Of a DNA stretch of 35,264 bases, positions 8,063-17,279 are shown piece by piece. The position numbers and the translations under genes are program-made. The notes beneath the pieces were generated by a model, which ran no database searches, was not told the origin of the DNA, and worked only from the letters and a program-made list of their open reading frames with translations. Each line of letters opens with the position of its first letter. Position 1 is the first letter of the stretch. Source of the DNA: Candidatus Kapaibacterium sp. (GTDB taxonomy: Bacteria; Bacteroidota; Ignavibacteria; Kapaibacteriales; UBA2268); the NCBI GenBank assembly GCA_041688685.1, contig JBDNHS010000348.1, forward strand, positions 1-35,264, given 5' to 3'.

Positions 8063-9460
8063 ATGAAAGATTTAAATGGACATAATTCTTTTGAGATTAT
8101 TCAAAAGTTGATAGACGGAGAATTTTCGAGCACAGAAGCTCAAGAATACTCTAATATCATTAATTCCGATGCTGGATTAAAATCTGAATATGACAAATAC
8201 CATAAAATTAAAAACTCAATTAATTCTGATAAAAAAAGTCAGTTAGATAATTCTGTACCTACATCTCAGATGAAAAATAACCTATTCAAAGAACTAAACT
8301 TTGGAACGGGTGCTAATACTGTAGCAAATGCTAATAGATTCAATTTAAGTTCACTTAGTTGGATGTTGGATTTCAAAACTTCTGTTCCTGCTGGAATTGC
8401 CTTTGTGGTTGTCTCTGCGTTTTTATTATTCAATAATTCAAAAGAATCTAGTACAATTAATAAAGATAATAACAAAGAAAATACATCCAAAATTGCAATC
8501 ACAAAGTCTTCCGCTAATAGTGATGAAGTTGTAACTAAATTTAATAACAAATTTGATAATTCTAATAATTCCACTAATTTAAATAGTTCTAAAAATCACA
8601 ACCAAGTTACTATAGATAATGGTAAGAATTTAGATAAGAATAATAATCAAAAAACAGTTGTAAAATTAAGAGATAAATCAATTAATAAATCCATCATTAG
8701 CAAAAATCAAATTAATGCTGGTAATGATTTGAGTTTGAATGGTAATAATATTAGTAACAAAAATATTAAAAATTCCAATAATTCAAATAATGGTGTGATT
8801 AATAGTGAAGTTAAAACTGAAACTGAAATTAAAACTAATAATGAAGATTCCAATAATACTTTATTAATTGCTGAAAATACATTAAATCTGAATAATTTTG
8901 ATATTAACAAAGAATTTGATAATATTAGTTATTCGCCAAATAATAAAAACATTAATACGATTGTTTTCAAATCTAAATACAACAAAACTGATGATAACTC
9001 TAAATTAGGATTAACTATATTGTCTTTGAGCCAAAATACTAACTTAGGCAAAGATTACGTTATCGCTGGTTATTATAAAGTGAACAAAGGTGAAAGCTAT
9101 AATTTGGAACTTGGATTAGAGTTTAATAGTGTTATGCTACAAACTTTAAACAACAACACTTCTAATGCCCTATTTGGTCCTGGTATAGGATTGAGACTTC
9201 AATCAAATAAAATATTACAAAGTTTAATAGGTGATGAATTTGCTGAAATATTGAATGGTTATACAATGGCAAGTGTTGGGAGCGTAACACCTGGTACATA
9301 TTATAAATTAAGTGCTGGTATGCAAGTAAAATTATTTCAAGTATCTAATATCAACTTTGAATTGATGACTGGTTATGAGTATTTTTCTTTAATGCAAGCT
9401 AACTCATCTTTTGTTGGAAATCGTAGTGGATTGGTTAGTGGTTTTGTTATTAAATTCTAA
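8063..9460 (+). CDS. membrane anti-sigma factor with an Asn-rich spacer and a C-terminal beta-barrel-like domain
   Basis: Lies immediately downstream of the ECF sigma gene. N-terminal anti-sigma pattern IQKLIDGEFSSTEAQEY, single TM VPAGIAFVVVSAFLLF, ~200 aa N/S/K-rich spacer, then alternating strands ending in GLVSGFVIKF. Confidence 0.6.
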   Translation: MKDLNGHNSFEIIQKLIDGEFSSTEAQEYSNIINSDAGLKSEYDKYHKIKNSINSDKKSQLDNSVPTSQMKNNLFKELNFGTGANTVANANRFNLSSLSWMLDFKTSVPAGIAFVVVSAFLLFNNSKESSTINKDNNKENTSKIAITKSSANSDEVVTKFNNKFDNSNNSTNLNSSKNHNQVTIDNGKNLDKNNNQKTVVKLRDKSINKSIISKNQINAGNDLSLNGNNISNKNIKNSNNSNNGVINSEVKTETEIKTNNEDSNNTLLIAENTLNLNNFDINKEFDNISYSPNNKNINTIVFKSKYNKTDDNSKLGLTILSLSQNTNLGKDYVIAGYYKVNKGESYNLELGLEFNSVMLQTLNNNTSNALFGPGIGLRLQSNKILQSLIGDEFAEILNGYTMASVGSVTPGTYYKLSAGMQVKLFQVSNINFELMTGYEYFSLMQANSSFVGNRSGLVSGFVIKF

Positions 9461-9520
9461 TTAATAATTAAAGCTACTTTCTTAATTACTTTATTAACTA
9501 AACACAAAAAAATTTTAAAA

Positions 9521-9548
9521 AACACTCAATTATTTGGGTGTTTTTTTT
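9521..9548 (+). terminator. rho-independent terminator after the anti-sigma gene
   Basis: AACACTC (9521-9527) pairs with GGGTGTT (9536-9542) with one G-U pair and an 8-nt loop, followed by an 8-T run. Confidence 0.6.
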
Positions 9549-9624
9549 GTTTTATAATAAAATCTTGTTAAGTTCTTTATTAATAAAAATAAATTTATAA
9601 TTTTCTAAAAAATAATAATTACTA

Positions 9625-10407
9625 ATGATAAAAATCTCAAATCTTACAAAGTCTTTCGGTCAAAAAAAAGTGCTAATGGGGATTGATTTAGAAATAAAAA
9701 TGGGCAAAACTACCTGCATAATTGGCAAATCAGGTTGTGGTAAAAGTGTGTTATTGAAACACATTGTCGGACTTTTGACTCCAGATACAGGAAAAATTGA
9801 AATCGATGACAATGACTTAAATAATTTAACTTATGAAGAAATATTTGAATTAAGAAAAAATATTGGATTTGTGTTTCAGGGTGGAGCTTTGTTTGATTCT
9901 TATACTGTCTATGAAAACATTATTTTGGGTCTTTATGAACACGGTGAAAAAAACGATGATGCCTTAGATAGTGAAGCAAAAAGAGTATTATCTGCTGTTG
10001 GACTGTTGCCAGATATTGATTTGCAAGATAGTGAAGATTATATCAAAGAATGGGAAATATTAAAGAATAAAAAGCCAGCTGATTTATCAGGTGGTATGCG
10101 AAAAAGAGTTGCAGTTGCAAGAGCATTGGTGGGAAGTCCAAAATATATCTTTTATGATGAACCTACAACAGGATTAGACCCAGTAACTTCCGAGCAAATT
10201 GATGAGATGATATATGAACTTGCACGTAAAATGAATGTAACATCTATTGTAATCACTCACGATATGTTTTCAGTGTTTAGAATTGCTGATGAGGTGGTGA
10301 TGCTTGACCAAGGTAGGGTTTTATTTGAAGGAAGTGCAATAGAATTGAAACAAACTAATGAACCTATCGTAAGAGAATTTATATCAAGATTTATGATTGA
10401 AAACTAA
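9625..10407 (+). CDS. ABC transporter ATP-binding protein (MlaF/Ttg2A-like)
   Basis: Walker A GKSGCGKS, Q-loop FQGGALF, signature LSGGMRKRVAVARAL, Walker B IFYDEPTTGLD, H-loop ITHD. Confidence 0.85.
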   Translation: MIKISNLTKSFGQKKVLMGIDLEIKMGKTTCIIGKSGCGKSVLLKHIVGLLTPDTGKIEIDDNDLNNLTYEEIFELRKNIGFVFQGGALFDSYTVYENIILGLYEHGEKNDDALDSEAKRVLSAVGLLPDIDLQDSEDYIKEWEILKNKKPADLSGGMRKRVAVARALVGSPKYIFYDEPTTGLDPVTSEQIDEMIYELARKMNVTSIVITHDMFSVFRIADEVVMLDQGRVLFEGSAIELKQTNEPIVREFISRFMIEN

Positions 10408-10462
10408 TAAATCAAATAACAAAATAATAAAATAATAAAATTATAAAATAATTAAAAAGAAA

Positions 10463-11680
10463 ATGACCCAAATTATGAAAATCAAACATCAATTTACTTC
10501 TTTATTTAATTCAAAATTGTCATCTATTTCGGAATTGAATCTTGGTAATTATTATGGAGTATTATCTGGAATAATGCTCGTAATGTTATTTGGAATTGTG
10601 GATAATGCCAAATTATATTCACAAGAAAAAAATGACCCAATGTATGCATATCAAATTGACCAAGATTGGATATTTAACGATGTAGATGGCAAAGAGATAT
10701 TTAGAAGAAATGATATTATCGAAGTTTTCGGATTTAGAGAAGGTATTATAACAGCTAAAATTCAAATTACGAATAAAGAAAATAAAATTGAGGAAAAGTG
10801 GTCTGGTTTGAGTTCAGATGGAAAAACTTTATTTGACGTTGATTATGATGAAATGGGTACTTTTAACAGTGGTTATGCAATAGTTGCCAATTATACAAAT
10901 AAGCAAACAAAAGATAAAGTATTTGGATATGTCGATAAAAAAGGTAAATTAATTGTTCCTATGGAATATGTTGACGCATTGCCTTTTTCTGAAAACTTGG
11001 CTTATGTAATGAAAGAAGGCAAAAGAGGATATTTGTCAAATAAATTAGACAATACAGGCACATTAGAAATGGCTATTACTTTAATGGGTGATAAAGTTGG
11101 TTATAATTTTTCGGAAGGATATGCAGCAGTATCAAATAATGAATATGCTGTGGGCTATATTGATACAACAGGGAAAGTTGTTATTGATTATAGATTTGAT
11201 GAGCCGGCTGAATTTTCTGAACAAAAAGCAAAAGTAACTTTAATTGGTAAATTTGGATTTATTGATAAGTGGGGTCAAATTATAATTAATTTAGCTTATG
11301 ATGATGTAAAACCATTTAAAAATAGACGTTCATTTTTTGCCCAAAATGATGAAAATGGTAAACCCAAATGGGCATTAGTTGATGAATTAGGTAATAGACT
11401 TACTGAATTTATTTTTCAAAATTGTGAACCTTTTAGTAATAATTTTGGAATGATAAAATTTGATGGAAGTTATGGCTTTATCAATAAAAATGGTGAGTTT
11501 GCATTTTCGGGATTTTACAACTTTGCTCTACCATTTAATTCCTCTGGAATGGCTTTTGTAAGTAATTTGGAATATGAAACATTAGGATACATTAATTCGG
11601 AAGGTGAGATTAAACTCAAATTGCCAAAATTTGAAAACGGAATGGACCTTATACTTAACCGAAAAATCGAAGCTAAATAG
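10463..11680 (+). CDS. WG (KWG) beta-repeat containing protein, membrane-anchored or secreted
   Basis: N-terminal hydrophobic segment, then repeated GY(I/V)D..GK..I / FGFIDKWGQIII / YGFINKNGEFAF / LGYINSEGEIKL units typical of WG repeats. Confidence 0.75.
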   Translation: MTQIMKIKHQFTSLFNSKLSSISELNLGNYYGVLSGIMLVMLFGIVDNAKLYSQEKNDPMYAYQIDQDWIFNDVDGKEIFRRNDIIEVFGFREGIITAKIQITNKENKIEEKWSGLSSDGKTLFDVDYDEMGTFNSGYAIVANYTNKQTKDKVFGYVDKKGKLIVPMEYVDALPFSENLAYVMKEGKRGYLSNKLDNTGTLEMAITLMGDKVGYNFSEGYAAVSNNEYAVGYIDTTGKVVIDYRFDEPAEFSEQKAKVTLIGKFGFIDKWGQIIINLAYDDVKPFKNRRSFFAQNDENGKPKWALVDELGNRLTEFIFQNCEPFSNNFGMIKFDGSYGFINKNGEFAFSGFYNFALPFNSSGMAFVSNLEYETLGYINSEGEIKLKLPKFENGMDLILNRKIEAK

Positions 11681-11812
11681 CAATTATATCGATATTTTGA
11701 TTGCCTTGTTTTACCAATTTGAAATTGTAATTGATTATTAACGTCTGGCAAGCTGTCTAATATTAAGCTAATTAGTCATATAATATAGAAAAATGATAAA
11801 AACAAGGAAATT

Positions 11813-13132
11813 ATGAATTTTCAAAAGTTTACTTTAAAAAGCCAAGAAGCATTAAAAACCGCTAAAGAAATTGCCGTAAATTATAATAATCAAGCAGTCG
11901 AACCTGTGCATATACTTGCTTCTATTATTCAAGACAATGATAGCATTGCTTTGGATATTGTAGCCAAAATTGGACTAAATTCAAGTATTCTAAAAATTAA
12001 GATTAATGAAATATTAGAAGGTTTGCCAAAAATTACTGGCGTAAGTGGGCAAGAATATTTATCAAATAATTCAAATGAAGTATTAGAAAATTCACTTAAA
12101 GAATCTGTCAAAATGAAAGATTCTTATGTAAGTACAGAGCATATTTTGATTGCTATTAGTGAGAGTAAAACTGATATTGGGCAATATTTAAATGGAAAAG
12201 GAGTTTCCAAAAAAACTATAATTGAAGTATTAAAATCAATTAAAGGAAGAAGTAGGGCAAACGACCAAAATGCAGAAGATACTTATCAAGCACTCAAAAA
12301 ATATGGTAGAATTCTAAATGACGAAGCTATAAATAATAAAATTGACCCCGTAATTGGGAGAGAAGAAGAAATAAGAAGAGTACTACAAGTATTATCACGT
12401 AGAAGAAAAAATAATCCAGTATTAATCGGAGACCCAGGGGTTGGAAAGACTGCAATAGTAGAGGGAATTGCACAAAGAATAGTGTCTGGAGATGTACCAG
12501 AAAGTCTAAAAACTAAAATCGTAGTAACTCTTGATATGGCAAGTCTTTTGGCTGGTACTTCTTTTAGAGGGCAATTTGAAGAGAGACTAAAAGCCATAAT
12601 TAAGGAAGTTACAGACTCAGACGGTGAAATAATTTTATTCATTGATGAAATTCATACTTTGATAGGAGCCGGTTCGACTTCTGGCGGAAATATGGATGCA
12701 GCAAATATACTCAAACCAGCTCTTGCAAGAGGGGATTTGCATTGTATCGGTGCGAAAACTCTTGATGAGTACCAAAAATATATCGAAAAAGATGCAGCTT
12801 TGGAGAGAAGATTTCAGCAAGTGTATGTAAATGAGCCGACTGTAGAAGACACAATTACTATATTGAGAGGGCTGAAAGAAAGATATGAAGTCCATCACGG
12901 AGTTAGAATTAAAGATTCTGCACTCATCTCTGCCGCCGAATTATCTAATAGATATATTACAGATAGATTTTTGCCGGATAAAGCAATTGATTTGATAGAT
13001 GAAGCTGCAAGTAAATTAAGAATTGAAATGGACTCTATGCCTGAAGAATTAGATAAAGTTGTCAGAAAAATCCGACAGTTAGAAATAGAGAAACAAGCAA
13101 TGTTAAGAGAATTGAACACAATTAACCAATAA
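11813..13132 (+). pseudogene. clpB: ClpB disaggregase, N-terminal half only (N-domain, AAA+ NBD1, start of M-domain)
   Basis: Clp_N repeats, Walker [10 protein letters not shown], Walker [11 protein letters not shown], sensor motif [11 protein letters not shown], then the M-domain start [23 protein letters not shown]. It stops at 439 aa (TAA), whereas ClpB is normally ~860 aa. No NBD2 coding follows in any frame. Confidence 0.8.
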
Positions 13133-13246
13133 TCACAAAAAACAACAAAAATATATAAAATATTAGTTGTTTAATTTCATTTTTATTTATAATTTGCACA
13201 ACATTTTAAATAAATAATAATTATTAATCTCTTCAATTAGATTTAT

Positions 13247-13846
13247 ATGGAAATTATGAAAACATCAATCAAATTTATAACTATTTGTGCTATATTTTTT
13301 ATTACAAACTTCGCACAATCTTATACCCAAACCTATGATTACAGATCATCTGGGGTTATTTTTCCAAACGACACTCTTCCAGAACCCAAAAATAAAATTG
13401 GAGCATCATATTCGGGAATATCATACTATGGTTTAACTTACCAGAGAAATGTTGGAAGGGATATTAGGTTGGGAGTTACTTCCTTAATATATTTAGAAGA
13501 AGACAACAGTAGTCAATATTTGGATTATGGCATTGGTTTACAGGTTCAAAAAATATTACTTAAAGGGTATGAGAAGAATGCTTATATTTTTATGGGTGCC
13601 GGGATACAGCAACAAACCGAAGATTACAAATCAAATAGTAGTGGGAGTGATAAAACAGATATTTTTACTTTTGGTATTGGGATGGGTGGTAGTGCAACTT
13701 TGTTAGAAAATTTTACCATTGATGCCGAGTTGGGTTATGGCTATTGTAATACTCGAACTAATGATTATTCAGGTGGTTGGAATAGTTATGGACCACGCAA
13801 AAGAATTGGTGTTACATTTGGAATAGGTCTTTATTTTGCATTTTAA
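13247..13846 (+). CDS. small outer-membrane beta-barrel protein, tandem paralog 1 of 3
   Basis: Signal peptide. Shared motifs SYSGISYYGLTYQ, LQVQK, AYIFMGAG, FGIGMGGS, DAELGYGYCNT, RIGVTFGIGLYFAF with terminal Phe. Confidence 0.7.
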   Translation: MEIMKTSIKFITICAIFFITNFAQSYTQTYDYRSSGVIFPNDTLPEPKNKIGASYSGISYYGLTYQRNVGRDIRLGVTSLIYLEEDNSSQYLDYGIGLQVQKILLKGYEKNAYIFMGAGIQQQTEDYKSNSSGSDKTDIFTFGIGMGGSATLLENFTIDAELGYGYCNTRTNDYSGGWNSYGPRKRIGVTFGIGLYFAF

Positions 13847-13894
13847 TTTTACAAATTATCTTTATATCTTCAATAAGAAATTATTTAATTTATT

Positions 13895-14503
13895 ATGGGA
13901 ATATCTAAAAATTATAAATTATTAATATTTACAACTCTACTTTTTTTATCTCTTCAATCAATTTCTTATTCGCAAACAAATAATAATAATGATTTTAGCA
14001 GTGTTAATGATTCATTATTGATAGGTAGGGCAAAGGCGGGAATTTCTTATTCCGGTATATCCTCTTTTGGCTTTACTTTTCAAAACCAAATACTAGATTT
14101 ATTTCGTTACAGTGTTACAGGTTTTCTCGCGAGTGATAGAATATTGTCTAAATCAGTATTTGACATCAATTTGGGCTTACAATTACAAAAACCTTTTGTA
14201 GGGGATAATAACAATTATGCTTATGTTTTTGCTGGTGGTGGTATTTCAAATTTTACTATTTCAGAATTAATAATTGATGATGATGAGAGTCCAACAAATG
14301 AAAGAATGCATTCTTATGGAATTGGAATTGGCGCAAGTGTAAAAGTCTTTGAAAAATTTGCAATTGATTTAGAATTTGGTTTCGGCTTTTGTAAAACATA
14401 TAATGAATTATATGACAGTAATCCAATTACCTCATCTCAAATCTATTTACCACAGAGAAGAGTCGGTACAACTTTTGGTGTTGGCATATATCGTACATTT
14501 TAA
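13895..14503 (+). CDS. small outer-membrane beta-barrel protein, tandem paralog 2 of 3
   Basis: Signal peptide. Motifs SYSGISSFGFTFQ, LQLQK, AYVFAGGG, YGIGIGAS, DLEFGFGFCKT, RVGTTFGVGIYRTF. Confidence 0.7.
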   Translation: MGISKNYKLLIFTTLLFLSLQSISYSQTNNNNDFSSVNDSLLIGRAKAGISYSGISSFGFTFQNQILDLFRYSVTGFLASDRILSKSVFDINLGLQLQKPFVGDNNNYAYVFAGGGISNFTISELIIDDDESPTNERMHSYGIGIGASVKVFEKFAIDLEFGFGFCKTYNELYDSNPITSSQIYLPQRRVGTTFGVGIYRTF

Positions 14504-14504
14504 T

Positions 14505-15107
14505 ATGAAATCAAATATAAATAAATATATATTAATTATTAGTTTTCTTTTGTTTTTTTTGCAAACTAATATCTATGCCCAAATGGGGATTAGAGATATC
14601 TACAATATATTTACTCAAAATGACTCTAAATTAATTGGAACAAATAAAATAGGTGTTTCATATTCAGGAATATCAGCTTACGGCTTAACTTATCAAGCCA
14701 ACATAAATGATTTATTTCGCCTCAGCATAACAACATTTGTAAGTCTTGATAGTTATTATTCTGATAATTACGTAGATTATAATTATGGTTTTCAACTACA
14801 AAAAACAATAGCTGGAGACAACACGAGTTATGCTTATGTTTTTGCTGGTGGTGGTCTAACAAATTGTAATTTTACAGACAGTGATAACATTTATTTGAGA
14901 ACCGAAATAGCTTCAACCTATGGGCTTGGTTTAGGAGGGAGTGTCAGATTCCTTAGTAATTTCTCATTAGATTTAGAATTAGGTTATGGATATTGTAATA
15001 CAGAAACAATATTCTTAGAATCTAGTCCATTTAATCCATCAAATATTTATGACCCAAGGATTAGGATAGGAACAACTTTTGGTGTTGGCATATATTATTT
15101 ATTTTAG
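14505..15107 (+). CDS. small outer-membrane beta-barrel protein, tandem paralog 3 of 3
   Basis: ATG at 14505 gives MKSNINKYILIISFLLFFLQTNIYAQ (signal peptide), 1 nt after the paralog 2 stop. Motifs SYSGISAYGLTYQ, FQLQK, AYVFAGGG, YGLGLGGS, DLELGYGYCNT, RIGTTFGVGIYYLF. Confidence 0.7.
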   Translation: MKSNINKYILIISFLLFFLQTNIYAQMGIRDIYNIFTQNDSKLIGTNKIGVSYSGISAYGLTYQANINDLFRLSITTFVSLDSYYSDNYVDYNYGFQLQKTIAGDNTSYAYVFAGGGLTNCNFTDSDNIYLRTEIASTYGLGLGGSVRFLSNFSLDLELGYGYCNTETIFLESSPFNPSNIYDPRIRIGTTFGVGIYYLF

Positions 15108-15136
15108 TGTTTATTTCCTTCCTTCCTTGTAATCTA

Positions 15137-15553
15137 CTATCTTAAATCTTTAATGTTATTAAATATCTTTATATGGAAATAACGGAAAATAATTCCTAAT
15201 AATGGCTTAAATGGTGCAAAAGTATAAAATTTTACCTCTTCTCTGATATTTGTAATATTCTCATTATTTGGGTCGCTTTCAAACTCAAAATTAATCTGTA
15301 TATCAACTATACAAATCCTACGGTTAAACAAAAATGCTTCCATTTTTATCTTGTCATCTTGGGTATCTAATATTTTTACTAGATATTTAATCTTTGGTGT
15401 GAAAGGTAAAATACTTTCAGTTACTTTGAAATACCCATCTTTTTCAGGTTCAAAGTAAATAATACATGGATGTATTTTCGCAAAATTTTCTATATTTTCG
15501 AAGTGTTTTTTTACTTCATTTTTGTTTTTATTAAATCTAAAATGTAATATCAT
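15137..15553 (-). CDS. hypothetical protein, 138 aa (possibly SRPBCC-like, unverified)
   Basis: Clean ORF, co-oriented with and 72 nt downstream of flhB. No firm motif. Confidence 0.4.
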   Translation of the reverse strand: MILHFRFNKNKNEVKKHFENIENFAKIHPCIIYFEPEKDGYFKVTESILPFTPKIKYLVKILDTQDDKIKMEAFLFNRRICIVDIQINFEFESDPNNENITNIREEVKFYTFAPFKPLLGIIFRYFHIKIFNNIKDLR

Positions 15554-15625
15554 ATTTTATAAAAAATTAGTGTCAATAATTTTAATTTAGTTGTAATTTA
15601 TCAATAATAATCAATCTCAACCAAT

Positions 15626-16705
15626 TTATTTAGTCTTTTTGAGAGAATATACATAAGCCAATACCTTCGCCACTGCTTTGTATAATTCCTCTGGTACTTC
15701 GGCATCAATTTCTACATTGTGGAATAATGCTCTCGCCAATGGTGGATCTTCGACAATCGGAATATTATGCTCTTTGGCTTTTTCTCGTATTTTGTGTCCT
15801 AAGAAATCTGCCCCTTTTGAGATTACTTTTGGTGCCGACATTGAGCCGTTTTCATATTGAACGGCAATCGCAAAGTGAGTCGGGTTGGTGATAATAACAT
15901 GAGCTTTTGCTACATTATTTATCATAATTTTACGCATACGACTTCTCATATACGCCTTTACTCTAGACTTAACTCTTGGGTCACCCTCAGTTTGTTTATA
16001 CTCATCTTTTACTTCTTGTTTGGTCATTTTCATATCATTTGAAAATTTCCACTTTTGATAAAAATAATCACTAAATGCAATCAAAATATAAATCAATCCA
16101 ACCTTTGTTACCAATTCCATACTAAGTTGATACATAAAAGTACCAATTTCAACATAAGGTTTCTCCAAAATCGATACAATAGAATCTAAATGTCCTTTTA
16201 ATGTGATAATTACAACAATACTAATTACAAAAACCTTTGCCAAACTTTTGACTAATTCAAATAAGGAATTTATTGAGAAAAATACTCTTTTGAGTCCAGC
16301 ACCGAGTTTAAATACTTTTGTATAAGTTTCTGGTTCGGCGAATTTTTTGAGAGAAAGTTTTAATCCAACTTGTCCAATCTCAGAGGCTAAAATTATCACA
16401 TAAATTATGCCCATAATTGGCAATAGGATAGATGCGAGGAAAAACATTAAATCGCCGTAATATCTAAAAATATTTTGGTCTGTAATTTGCAATGTAGAAG
16501 AATTATTGAGCATATAGCCCATAAATCCCTTGATGTTATTAACAGAATAAGCACTAAAAAGCAAAACGGTAAGCCCTCCGAGTAAAATAACCGAAGCAGT
16601 AGTAACATCAGTACTTTTTGCGACTTGACCTTTATCCCTTCCCTCGTCTAACTTCTTCTGGGAAGCGGTTTCGGATTTCTCTTGACCGTCTTTATTCTCT
16701 GCCAT
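15626..16705 (-). CDS. flhB: flagellar/type III export apparatus switch protein FlhB, full length
   Basis: N-terminal GQEKSE..SQKKLDEGRDKGQVAKS, four TM segments, MTKQEVKDEYKQTEGDP, and the autocleavage motif ITNPTHFAIAVQY. Confidence 0.9.
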   Translation of the reverse strand: MAENKDGQEKSETASQKKLDEGRDKGQVAKSTDVTTASVILLGGLTVLLFSAYSVNNIKGFMGYMLNNSSTLQITDQNIFRYYGDLMFFLASILLPIMGIIYVIILASEIGQVGLKLSLKKFAEPETYTKVFKLGAGLKRVFFSINSLFELVKSLAKVFVISIVVIITLKGHLDSIVSILEKPYVEIGTFMYQLSMELVTKVGLIYILIAFSDYFYQKWKFSNDMKMTKQEVKDEYKQTEGDPRVKSRVKAYMRSRMRKIMINNVAKAHVIITNPTHFAIAVQYENGSMSAPKVISKGADFLGHKIREKAKEHNIPIVEDPPLARALFHNVEIDAEVPEELYKAVAKVLAYVYSLKKTK

Positions 16706-16720
16706 TATTCTTTTTAGAAA

Positions 16721-16747
16721 TTAAAATCAATTAAAATCAAAAATCAA
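16721..16747. repeat. 10-bp tandem repeat TTAAAATCAA x2 plus a partial copy, upstream of flhB
   Basis: Read directly at 16721-16730 and 16731-16740, with a partial copy at 16741-16747. Confidence 0.8.
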
Positions 16748-16990
16748 ATTTAACTGTGTTAAAGCATTATGTATGCCATTAAGAAGTATTTATCCAAATT
16801 ATAATTTATTATAATAAAAATATAATAATAATAAATAACTAAATTCGTGAGTTATTAAAATAATTAAAATTTGAGTTTGATAATGGATTTCAATCAAGAA
16901 AATAGTAGTTTAAATAAATTCAGAAGATTCGAACACCGCTCTGAGTAATTTTAATAAATATATTTTAAATAACAAAGAAAGTCCAGATTT

Positions 16991-17125
16991 ATGATTTACG
17001 GCTTAGAAGAAAAAGAACTCAAATTAATCGTTTCTGATTATGCAAATTCTAACGATAAACCAACTCCTTCAAAATTAGAAGACTTTATTTCAAATGAATT
17101 TACAAATACTTACAAAAATATGTAA
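16991..17125 (+). CDS. small hypothetical ORF, 44 aa
   Basis: Below the track cutoff. My translation: MIYGLEEKELKLIVSDYANSNDKPTPSKLEDFISNEFTNTYKNM. A purine-rich AAAGAAAG lies upstream, and a hairpin and palindrome follow. Confidence 0.25.
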   Translation: MIYGLEEKELKLIVSDYANSNDKPTPSKLEDFISNEFTNTYKNM

Positions 17126-17171
17126 TTATTAATATTTGATTTTAGAACAAATAAATTTTTATTGTTTTAGG

Positions 17172-17205
17172 ACAAGTGGTTGCAACCTCTTGTTCTAAAT
17201 TTTAT
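17172..17205 (+). terminator. hairpin plus T-rich tail, terminator candidate for the small ORF
   Basis: ACAAGtGGTTGCAACCtCTTGT (17172-17193) contains the GGTTGCAACC palindrome and is followed by tctaaattttattt. The outer arms TTAGAACAA (17142-17150) and TTGTTCTAA (17191-17199) can also pair. Confidence 0.35.
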
Positions 17206-17219
17206 TTGTCTTTACTATT

Positions 17220-17249
17220 ATCAACCGTAGGGTTAACCCTACGGTTGAT
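17220..17249. repeat. perfect 30-bp palindrome ATCAACCGTAGGGTT|AACCCTACGGTTGAT
   Basis: Read directly. It is centred on GTTAAC and lies between the convergent small ORF (+) and the methyltransferase gene (-). Confidence 0.95.
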
Positions 17250-17279
17250 TTCCCTACATCGCTTTTTTCCACTAAAAAC

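Noticed and set aside
11716-11728. 13-bp palindrome CAATTTGAAATTG upstream of clpB as a heat-shock operator (CIRCE/HAIR-like)
   Set aside because: It does not resemble the known CIRCE or HAIR consensus sequences, and short AT palindromes are expected by chance in this composition.
12286-13119. Three minus-strand ORFs (118, 87 and 74 aa) inside clpB
   Set aside because: They are antisense shadows of a strongly conserved AAA+ coding region and have no motifs.
14376-14504. N-terminal extension of the third outer-membrane paralog (track start at 14376)
   Set aside because: The extension overlaps the 3' end of paralog 2 in another frame. ATG at 14505 yields a clean signal peptide matching the other two paralogs.
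16920-16945. TTCGAA-containing stretch (agattcgaacaccgctctga) as a possible tRNA T-arm or att remnant
   Set aside because: No complementary T-stem, acceptor stem or anticodon arm can be drawn around it on either strand.
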